A DNA stretch of 64,000 bases from positions 45,521 to 109,520 of IMG/VR virus record IMGVR_UViG_2630968879_000020. One strand, given 5' to 3'. Of this stretch, positions 10,042 through 19,200 are shown in pieces. The notes below the pieces were generated by a model that worked only from the letters and a program-made list of their open reading frames with translations, made no database searches and was not told the DNA's origin. Each line of letters begins with the position of its first letter. Within the stretch, counting starts at the first letter, position 1. This DNA comes from a virus. Its lineage: Duplodnaviria > Caudoviricetes. A program made the translations under genes and the position numbers.

Positions 10042-10688
10042 GTGAAAAGATAAAAGAACCTAATCTCGTTACATTTGAATTTGGCGGCGTGTTGGGCAAG
10101 AAATTTGGCAAAGAGCACAAGGTAAAATGCACGACGGTACGACAAGGAGTCAGCATTATTAACTGCAACAGACAAGGGTTGCTCGCTTGGATGAAACAGA
10201 ATGCCCGAAAGTACCAGAAATACCATATCCGTGTGACGAGAGCCAATGGCGCAACACGCGAAATGAGCGAAACCGAATACCAGATGGAAAATAACGGGGA
10301 CATGGTTCATGTTTGTATTACACCTATTTATCGTGGTGCTGGCGCTAAGGCTATGAGTATTGTTCAGGTCGTTGTTGGTGTAGCGTTAATGATAGCTTCA
10401 ATTTGGCTCGGTCCAGCAGCTTTTATGGCTGGTCTTTCCATGTTGGCAAGTGGTGTAGTCGGTCTTTTGTCAAAACAACCGAAGCCAAACACGGGAGGGG
10501 CGGATAACCGCAAAAACTCAACTTATTTTGACGGTCCTGAAAATACGGTGGAACAAGGGGCACCCGTGCCTCTTATTTACGGCGAAGAAATCCTTGTTGG
10601 CTCTCAGTTAATCAGCCTTAAACTGTCCGTAGAACAGCTAGTACCTGATCCGCCAGAACCCAAGAAGATTAAAGCTTTAGTGGCTTAA
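10038..10688 (+). CDS. Tail assembly protein I
   Basis: NTVEQGAPVPLIYGE..VGS motif. Confidence 0.88.
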   Translation: MSEKIKEPNLVTFEFGGVLGKKFGKEHKVKCTTVRQGVSIINCNRQGLLAWMKQNARKYQKYHIRVTRANGATREMSETEYQMENNGDMVHVCITPIYRGAGAKAMSIVQVVVGVALMIASIWLGPAAFMAGLSMLASGVVGLLSKQPKPNTGGADNRKNSTYFDGPENTVEQGAPVPLIYGEEILVGSQLISLKLSVEQLVPDPPEPKKIKALVA

Positions 10689-10705
10689 AAACCAAAAGAG
10701 GCTAA

Positions 10706-11005
10706 TTAAAGCCTCTTTTTCACAATTTCATACACTTCATTCCGATTACGTTTTCCAATTGTTACAACGATAATAATTAGTTTTTTGTCTACGACTTCAT
10801 AAACCAGTCTGTAACCAGATGCCTTGGACTTAATCTTGTAACAGTTTGGCATACCGCTTAGTTTCGCTGATGGAATATATGGATTAATTGTTAAGGCTTT
10901 TAATTTTTTGGCGAATTGTTGTTGAATGTTCGAGCGAAGTTTTTTCCACTCTTTTACCGCATCTTCTCTAAACTTTATTTTGTATGTCCTATCCTTGTTG
11001 CTCAT
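10706..11005 (-). CDS. stbE: RelE/StbE family toxin
   Basis: CYKIK...GYRLVYEV..IGKR RelE motifs; overlaps antitoxin. Confidence 0.88.
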   Translation of the reverse strand: MSNKDRTYKIKFREDAVKEWKKLRSNIQQQFAKKLKALTINPYIPSAKLSGMPNCYKIKSKASGYRLVYEVVDKKLIIIVVTIGKRNRNEVYEIVKKRL

Positions 11006-11253
11006 AGATATTCATCCAAATCAATATCTACAAGATCCTGATTCTTACGCGCCTCTACAATTTGAATTAATTCCTTATCTTCCAGTTGATCTAATAAGCT
11101 TTCGTAAATATCAGCCGGAACACAATAGAATGCAGGCTTGTTGCGATTTAAGATAGCAACAGGATAACCTTCACCTGAACTAACAGTAGCCATTGGATTT
11201 TTTTTTAACTCACTAACGCTCGCTGTCACATTACTTAGGATAACTTGAGGCAT
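11002..11253 (-). CDS. stbD: StbD/Phd-YefM family antitoxin
   Basis: ASVSELKKNPM..PVAILNRNKPAFYCVP StbD signature. Confidence 0.88.
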   Translation of the reverse strand: MPQVILSNVTASVSELKKNPMATVSSGEGYPVAILNRNKPAFYCVPADIYESLLDQLEDKELIQIVEARKNQDLVDIDLDEYL

Positions 11254-11398
11254 ATTTCAACTCCTTAAAAGACCAGTTAATAAGTCATATTATAGTTATA
11301 AAAGACTGAATAACAAGTCTCTTTAAATTGTATTAGCATATTGCATTGTCTATTATAATATGTATTTGGATACCTATTTTTGTGATATGGAGGTTACA

Positions 11399-14300
11399 GT
11401 GAAAAAAGAAAAAATATTCATTGCGGGAGCTGGTGGTGGTGGTGGTGATCGCCCAAGACAGTCTATTGAAGCCCCTGATAATGTTGAGTCCAAAACACTT
11501 GCTTCAATGCTAGATTTATTGGGAGAAGGTGTAATTGGTGGTTTGAAAAATGGCGGTCAGTCTATCTTTTTGGACGACGTGCCTTTGTTAAACCCTGACA
11601 GCTCGCCTAACTTCAATGGAGTGAAGTTTTGGGAAAGAAGAGGGGAACAAAACCAAGATCCAATGGATGGTTTTGACGATATTGAAACGCCTTATAATGT
11701 TGCAACACAGCTTAAGGCTACAACACCTAAGACATTGCAAGTGGATAATGATGATGCCGACCGAGTACGGATCATCATGGAATTCCCCCGTATGACTTCA
11801 ACCGACAAAGAAAACGGAGACATAAATGGGACGGAGGTAAAATTTCAGTTTCAATTAGCCATAGGTGAAAATTCGTTTAAGCCAGTCATTCCGTTAGACC
11901 ATAAAGATAGTACGATTAAGATTGCCAAGAAATCGAGCGGTAAATTTCAGCGGGAATATTTTATTGATTTACCTAAGCCCGGCAAAAATTACCGTATTAA
12001 GATTATTCGATTTACGCCTGATACTAATAGCGATTACCTGCACAACAAAACCGTAGTGGCATCCTACGGGGAAATCGTATTTGCAAAAATGGCATATCCT
12101 AACAGTGCGATTGTTGGGATCACCATTGATTCACAGGAATTTGGTGGAAATATGCCTCGTCGTTCATACCTTGTTTCGGGTATGAAAATTCGAGTCCCTT
12201 CAAATTATCGTTCTTCCGACAACAGCTATCAGGGAGATTGGGACGGTGGCTTTGATATTCAGGTGTCATCTAACCCTGCATGGATTCTTTATGACCTACT
12301 GACGAACAAACGATACGGTTTGGGTAATTTCGTCAACGAATATATGATAGATACCGGTCAGTTCTATCAGATAGGACGATATTGCGATCAAGAAGTCCCT
12401 AATGGCTTCGGTGGTATGGAGAAACGGTTCACTATTAATACAGTGATTGCTAGCCGTCAGGAGGCATATAAGGTCATTTCTGACATTGCTTCGGTTTTCC
12501 GAGGCATGGTGTTTTGGGCTGGTGGTATGATAAACCTCCGACAAGATAGCCCGGCTACACCAGTCATGCAGTTTTCAGCATCAAATATCATCGATAAAGT
12601 CATCCGTAAGGGATCTTCACGAAAAGATCGCCCAACAGTTGCCGTTGTTACATACAACGATAAGGATGATCTTTACAAGCAAAATATTGAATACGTCGAG
12701 GATGAGGAGGCCAAGAAACGCTTTGGGATTCGTAAAACAGAGTCGCTAGCGTTTGGGTGTACCAGTCGGGGACAAGCGTACAGAACTGGTTTGTGGCTGC
12801 TTTATACTTCGAAAATGGAGACAGATGTTGTTATCTTCAAGGCAGGGATCGATAGTTCGTTTCTGGTTCCCGGTGAATTGGTAAAACTGCAAGATAAATA
12901 TCGTTCTGGTAAGCGTAATTCGGGGCGTATTAAGTCTTTTACCCAAAATAGCATAACACTGGACGCGCCAGTACGACTGGATAAAGAGGGAGCATTTATC
13001 ACGTTTCTAACAGTTGACAGCCGTATGATAGATCGCAACTTACTTGAATCGGCTGGCGAATACCAGACTGTAACGTTTAAAGAGCCTATTGATACGGGTG
13101 ACGAGCCAATGGAAATGGGTATCTGGACGATCACTGAGCCTGATTTAGAACCCGTTTTGATTCGTGTATTAAGTGTCAGAGAAGGTGATGAAAAAGGTAC
13201 ATTCGAAATCACCGGTGTTGAGCATAACCCCTCTAAATTTGAAGCTATTGACCGTGGTGCAATCCTTATTCCACCTAAAACAAGTGTCTTAGATCCGACT
13301 TTCAGTAAACCAGTTGGATTGGATGTGACAGAGGCAACGTACCTTTCGTCACCGGGTAATCTGTCGGTGAAGTTAATTGTATCTTGGGAAGGACGATCCC
13401 CTAAATATGTTCTCCGCTATCGCCGTAGTGATGTGGTGGATAATTGGATTCGGATGGAACTCACCGACAATCAATGTGAAATACTGAATGTTGTGGATAG
13501 CGCTCGATATGATATTGAAGTTTTTGCGATCTCAATTACAGGTAGAAAAACCGAGACATTAGCAGCGACTTATACCACTCTTGGCACTTTAATGCCTCCG
13601 GGAGCACCTAAAAATCTGGCAGCCGTTGGAGACTACCGACAAATTGTGCTGACTTGGGTAAATCCTGAGGCTATCGACCTTGAAACTATTTATGTTTATG
13701 GCTCCCGAAAAAATAATTTTGAGACGGCGAGTCTTTTGGCAAAAATACCGTCAACAACTTTTACGCACTCTGGTTTGGACGATGATGTTACATGGTATTA
13801 CTGGGTAAGGGCTGTCAACAAGCGGGGAATGTTAAGTCCAGTAAATACTAATTTAGGCACAAGCGCGACTACGAAAGATGTATTGTCTTTTTTGAGGAAT
13901 AAAATCACTTCAAGCGAGCTTGGTAAAGAGTTACTCGAAGAGCTAGACTCCAAAGCTGTCAGCGAAGATCTTGAGGTAATACAAGATTTGGTTGATAAGT
14001 CGGAGAGAAAAATTGACTCTATACAAGATTTAGTTGATGTATCAGAGAAAAAAATTGAGGCAATACAAGATCTGTTCGAAGTATCAGATAAAAAGATTCA
14101 TGAAATTGACAAAATAACCGGTGAAATTAAAGCATCACAAGAGATCCTAAACTCTTCCGTAGAAACAGTAAAAGAGAGTGCTAAAAAAGCTCTGCAAGAC
14201 TCAGATAGCAACGCTTCTAAGATTGTCAAAATCAAAAGTACTGTCTATGAGCAAGATAAAAAGCTTGCTTCAACGTTAGAGGCCATTCAGACGGTAAAAG

Positions 14301-16195
14301 GCAATATAGAAGCCGTCTTGATTGAAGAGAAAAGATCTCGTATCGAAGGGGATAAAGCAACAACTGAAAAAGTTGAATTGATCGAAACAAAAATAGACAG
14401 CCACGATGTAGCCATTAAAAGAGCCGAATCTACAGCGATTGATGCTGAGAAGACAATCGCTCGCGTTACCGGCTCAGTTGAAGCTGTTGCTAAAGCCGCT
14501 ATTGATACGGCGTTAAAAGGTGAAGAAGAAGTTAGGGAACAACGCGATACCAATGCCAAGATATTCACGGATCAGAAAGTTATTGTCGATGGGCAACAGG
14601 CATTGTCTCAAAAAATAGAAACAATGACCGCTGAGTTCAACCAAAACATAAAAGCTCAATTAAATGAGGAAAAGCAAACGAGGGCAAGCGCGGATGAAGC
14701 ATTGTCTAAGCAAGTTACACAATTAACAAGTGAAATAAACCAAAACATCAAAGCACAGCTAAGTGAAGAGAAACAAGCAAGAACAAATGCAGATGAGGCA
14801 TTATCTAAACAGATCACACAACTGAAAAGTGAGGTCGATCAGAGCGTCAAGGCTCAATTAAATGAAGAAAAACAAACGAGGGTAAATGCAGATGAAGCAT
14901 TGTCTCAGCAGGTTCTACAACTAAAAACGGATGTTGACCAAAACATCACTGCTCAATTGAATGAGGAAAAACAAGCGAGAGCTAATGCGGATGAAGCTCT
15001 ATCTAAGCAAGTTACTCAACTGAAAAGCGATGTTGACCAAAACATCACTGCTCAATTGCATGAGGAAAAACAAGCGAGAGCTAATGCGGATGAAGCTCTA
15101 TCTAAGCAAGTTACTCAACTGAAAAGCGATGTTAACCAAAATATCACAGCCCAATTGAATGAAGAAAAACAAACACGGGCGAATGCTGATGGAGCATTAT
15201 CTACACAAATTACCCAATTGAAAAGTGAAGTCGATCAAAATATCAAAGCTCAGTTAAGTGAGGAAAAACAAACACGGGCGAATGCTGATGAATCATTATC
15301 TAAGCAAATAACTCAGTTGAGAAGCGAAACTGGGATAAACATCAAATCTCAACTTGATGAGGAAAAAAATACCCGAGCAACTAAAGATGAAGCGCTATCT
15401 CAAAGTGTTGAACGACTCAAGACACAGACCAGTAAGGATATTGAAGCAGCCGTATTAGCGGAAAAAAATGCACGTACAACCTCTGAGAGGAGTCTGGCCG
15501 ATAGTGTCAATGTATTGAGTGCAAAGACCCAAAAAGATATTGCCAGTGCGGTATCCAGTGAAGCCAACGCAAGGGCAACCAGAGATGATGCCTTAGCAGG
15601 GGAAATATCTAAAGTTCTGGCAAAAACCAATGCTAATGAGGCTGCTGTAAGAACAGAACAGACAGCGCGTGCGAATGGTGATTCGGCACTGGGGAAACGG
15701 ATAGATACAATTCAAACAACAGTCAATGGAAATACAGCCACTGTTCAGCAGACCACAAAAGCAGTAGCCGAACTTAATGGTAAAATCTCTGCATCTTGGA
15801 ATCTGAAAGTAGAAACTGCTAAGGATGGGAAAAAGTATGCGGCAGGTATGACGCTAGGCGTGAATAACAATGCCTCACAATTTCTTGTTCAGGCAGATCG
15901 ATTTGGCTTAATAAATGTAAACAATGGTGCAGTAACAACCCCATTTGTTGTTGAAAATGGCACTACCTATATGAATGCCGCTTATATTAAAGATGGCTCA
16001 ATAAGTAGTGGCAAGGTTGGAGATTTGCAATCTAACAACTATTCAGCAGGGAAAACTGGCTGGCGATTCGGCAAGAATGGTCAACTAGAAATGAATGGTC
16101 AAACTTCTGGACAAGGAAGACTAAATATCTCCAATAATCGTATTGATGTGTATGATGAAAAAGGAGTTTTAAGAGTTCGGATCGGTTTGCTGTAA
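11399..16195 (+). CDS. Host specificity / tail tip protein J with Fn3 domains and coiled-coil repeats
   Basis: LGEGVIGG, SSNPAWILYDLL, FGCTSRGQA and VLRVRIG gpJ motifs; GGAGG RBS before in-frame GTG 11399. Confidence 0.92.
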   Translation: MKKEKIFIAGAGGGGGDRPRQSIEAPDNVESKTLASMLDLLGEGVIGGLKNGGQSIFLDDVPLLNPDSSPNFNGVKFWERRGEQNQDPMDGFDDIETPYNVATQLKATTPKTLQVDNDDADRVRIIMEFPRMTSTDKENGDINGTEVKFQFQLAIGENSFKPVIPLDHKDSTIKIAKKSSGKFQREYFIDLPKPGKNYRIKIIRFTPDTNSDYLHNKTVVASYGEIVFAKMAYPNSAIVGITIDSQEFGGNMPRRSYLVSGMKIRVPSNYRSSDNSYQGDWDGGFDIQVSSNPAWILYDLLTNKRYGLGNFVNEYMIDTGQFYQIGRYCDQEVPNGFGGMEKRFTINTVIASRQEAYKVISDIASVFRGMVFWAGGMINLRQDSPATPVMQFSASNIIDKVIRKGSSRKDRPTVAVVTYNDKDDLYKQNIEYVEDEEAKKRFGIRKTESLAFGCTSRGQAYRTGLWLLYTSKMETDVVIFKAGIDSSFLVPGELVKLQDKYRSGKRNSGRIKSFTQNSITLDAPVRLDKEGAFITFLTVDSRMIDRNLLESAGEYQTVTFKEPIDTGDEPMEMGIWTITEPDLEPVLIRVLSVREGDEKGTFEITGVEHNPSKFEAIDRGAILIPPKTSVLDPTFSKPVGLDVTEATYLSSPGNLSVKLIVSWEGRSPKYVLRYRRSDVVDNWIRMELTDNQCEILNVVDSARYDIEVFAISITGRKTETLAATYTTLGTLMPPGAPKNLAAVGDYRQIVLTWVNPEAIDLETIYVYGSRKNNFETASLLAKIPSTTFTHSGLDDDVTWYYWVRAVNKRGMLSPVNTNLGTSATTKDVLSFLRNKITSSELGKELLEELDSKAVSEDLEVIQDLVDKSERKIDSIQDLVDVSEKKIEAIQDLFEVSDKKIHEIDKITGEIKASQEILNSSVETVKESAKKALQDSDSNASKIVKIKSTVYEQDKKLASTLEAIQTVKGNIEAVLIEEKRSRIEGDKATTEKVELIETKIDSHDVAIKRAESTAIDAEKTIARVTGSVEAVAKAAIDTALKGEEEVREQRDTNAKIFTDQKVIVDGQQALSQKIETMTAEFNQNIKAQLNEEKQTRASADEALSKQVTQLTSEINQNIKAQLSEEKQARTNADEALSKQITQLKSEVDQSVKAQLNEEKQTRVNADEALSQQVLQLKTDVDQNITAQLNEEKQARANADEALSKQVTQLKSDVDQNITAQLHEEKQARANADEALSKQVTQLKSDVNQNITAQLNEEKQTRANADGALSTQITQLKSEVDQNIKAQLSEEKQTRANADESLSKQITQLRSETGINIKSQLDEEKNTRATKDEALSQSVERLKTQTSKDIEAAVLAEKNARTTSERSLADSVNVLSAKTQKDIASAVSSEANARATRDDALAGEISKVLAKTNANEAAVRTEQTARANGDSALGKRIDTIQTTVNGNTATVQQTTKAVAELNGKISASWNLKVETAKDGKKYAAGMTLGVNNNASQFLVQADRFGLINVNNGAVTTPFVVENGTTYMNAAYIKDGSISSGKVGDLQSNNYSAGKTGWRFGKNGQLEMNGQTSGQGRLNISNNRIDVYDEKGVLRVRIGLL
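13979..14104 (+). repeat. Three 42-bp (14-aa) tandem repeats in gpJ
   Basis: IQDLVDKSERKIDS / IQDLVDVSEKKIEA / IQDLFEVSDKKIHE starting at 13979, 14021, 14063. Confidence 0.85.
14639..15430 (+). repeat. 99-bp (33-aa) tandem repeat array in gpJ
   Basis: QNIKAQLNEEKQTRANADEALSKQVTQLKSEV-type unit, 7-8 clear copies plus degenerate ones; units at 14930 and 15029 nearly identical. Confidence 0.92.
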
Positions 16196-16275
16196 ACAGC
16201 GTTATTTAGTGTGTTAATATCACTTTTATTGCAAGTAATTAAATACCTATCATATATCTAAAAGGGAGATATGGA

Positions 16276-19200
16276 ATGTGGTACAGGGAAGGTACTAATT
16301 CTTTTGTGAAAGACAGCAAAAAGGTTACAGGTGTTGGAACTCTTTGGTCACAAGCAAAGTATGGCGTTATGCCGGGCATGGTGCTTATTGGTTCTGATAA
16401 TCTCCTATATGAAATTGAAAGGGTCCAGAATAATACAGAACTGACGTTAGTAGAGGCTTACAAGGGAAATACAATCAAGGATCAACCCTGCCGTATTATT
16501 ACTACTTACGAAGGAGATTTGTCACAATTTAGTGCGCGGTTCTCAGCCTTGCTTCACTCAATATCCGGTGATTCCCGTGAAATTAGAAATTGGTTAACGT
16601 CACCATCACCAGTCGTTATTGTTAGAGATGATGGTACTACATTCAAGGCAGATTCATTGGAAACAATCCATGCGGCGCACAAAGCTCGTATAGAGTGGTT
16701 TGATAAAAATCAGACTCTGATTTCAGATGCAGGCAATCAAGCCGCAAATGCGGCTGGTTCAGCGAAAGCTGCAAAAGACTCACAAATAGCTGCTAAGGGC
16801 AGTGAAACGCAAGCGGCTAATTCTGCTAAATCGGCAAAGGATTTTCAAGTTGTAGCATCAGCATCTCAATCGGCCGCAAAAACGTCAGAAACGAATGCCA
16901 AGACATCTGAAATAAATGCTGCAAATTCAGCGAAAGCAGCGGCGATTTCACAAACTGCGGCTAAGGCATCAGAAACTAATGCCGCGAACTCAGCTAAAGG
17001 GGCGAATATGTCTCAGGCGGCTGCAAAGGTTTCTGAAACTAACGCAGGTAATTTTTCTAAAGCAGGTAAAGCATCTGAACTTGCTGCTAAGACCTCAGAG
17101 ACTAACGCAAAATCATCCGAAGTTAGTGCTAAATCATCAGAGGCTAATGCTAAATCGTCTGCGAATACTGCGACAGAGAAAGCCAAACAAGCAACCGGTT
17201 CACAAGTAGCAGCAAAAGCCTCTGAAACTAATGCTGCATCATCCAAAGCTTCCTCAGCTCAATCTGCCTCTAATGCTTCGGCTTCTGCAAGCAAAGCAGA
17301 ACAGGAAGCTAATAAAGCAATAAGTTCAGCCAATAACGCAGCAACCTCTGCATCTAGTGCGGCAAGTTCTGCAAATTCTGCAAAAACGTCTGAGTCTAAC
17401 GCTAAGGCATCATCAAATAGCGCCTCCTCCTCAGAGAGAAATGCTAAGGCATCAGAAAATAATGCAGCAATATCTAAGTCAGCAGCCGAACAATCGGCAA
17501 AAGACGCAGCAAGTACTCTTGCCAAAATGGTGAATGATGCAAAGGTTGCAGATAACGCAGCCAAAGCCGCAAAGTTATCAGAGAATAACGCAAAGGTAAG
17601 CGAAACTGCTACGAAATCCTCAGAAACAAATGCTTCCAATGCAGCAAAAGCAGCTAAAGTCTCTCAAGACGCTGCAAAAATTTCAGAAACCAATGCGGCA
17701 AATTCAGCAAAAATTTCCTCTACTTCTCAAATCGCAGCAAAAGCCTCAGAAACAGAGGCCGTGTCATCAAAAAATGCAGCACAAGAAGCAGCAACCTTAG
17801 CAACTAAAAAAGCAGAATTAGCCGCAGTCTCTGAAAGTAAGGCTCAGGATGCTGCCAATAGAGCAACACTTGCGGCACAGGAAAAAGAAGATCTTCTCAA
17901 AGGGAAGACAATTGCAATAAGCCTCGGTTCGGGTAAAACCAGTTGGACAAAAATAGCTGAAGTAGATATGCCTCAAAATCCCGGCGTGCCTAGTACAGTT
18001 CGTATAGAGCTTATAGGAGGTAGTGGTTATAACGTGGGCGAGTATCCACAAACAGCGATGTCTGAGATTGTCTTACGCTCTGGTAATGGTTATCCCAAGG
18101 GGCTCAATGCTTCTCTCTATAGAACAAATACTTGTGCCGCGAATAAAGTGGCAACCATCAATACAGGAAATGATAAATATGATGTTTATGTTCATTTCTA
18201 TGGTTTTCCATTCAATTTGATTTGTAATGTACAACAAGCTAATGCCACGATATTAAATATAGGTAATTTATCAGGAGCATTAGAAACCTTACCTGATGGA
18301 GTGCTGGAGGGTAAAACGTACAATTACGTTTTGGCTTCATCTGACGACCGCGGTAATCTATCAATTGATACCAATATATATGGGCCGGGATTTGTTTCTG
18401 GAGCGCAAGGCAAGGATAGAACATGGCTAGAACCCAAAGAGGGTAATGCTTGTTGGTTAGCTAACATTGGCGATAAGTATGCTGGCGAATTCCGACATCC
18501 GAAAAAGTCAGGAACCGCTGCCATATTGGAAGATCATTATACTAAAGGTGAATCTGATGGTAAATACCAGCCTAAAGGAAATTATGCTGTAGTTGGGGCT
18601 TCGTACACTAAAGACGAAACTAACCAGAACTTTGTAAAAAGCGATACAACAAATCTTGGTAAATCATGGACTAGCCTGACAACTATTCCAGATGGCGGAT
18701 GGGGTCAACCTATTGGCTATTCGACAATGGTACGTATCAACAGCTTTGGGTTACCGAATGGATTCGCTGATCATGGATATTGGAATGTCATTGCCGCTCG
18801 TGATATGGCTCAGGGATATGCCGGATTTTTAACGGGTTTTAATAATGGGAAAGTTTATTACGGATTTTCTAACACGAAAGAGGGCAATCCTACTTGGGTT
18901 AGGGTGTACACAGAAAATCATAAACCCTCACCGAGTGAATTAGATGTATACACTAAAGGTGAATCTGACAATCGTAATTACAGCAGCCTTAGTTATGTAA
19001 TCCGTAAATCTGGCGGTGATAATACGGATCTAAATAACTGGCCGAGAAATAGAGTTGCGTTTGTTTATCATGATGCGGCAAACAATTCCAATGTTACAGG
19101 AGTAGGCGCTTCATTTTCTGCCTTGAATAATAACTATGTATTGCAGCTTGTTTCTCAATACCACGGTAATGGGGATGTTCTTAAGTTCAGAACTAGAAAT

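Noticed and set aside
14639-15430. CRISPR-like array
   Set aside because: In-frame 99-bp coding repeats without unique spacers; no cas genes
16916-17639. Alternative-frame and antisense ORFs over the fibre shaft
   Set aside because: Shadows of low-complexity Ala/Ser codons
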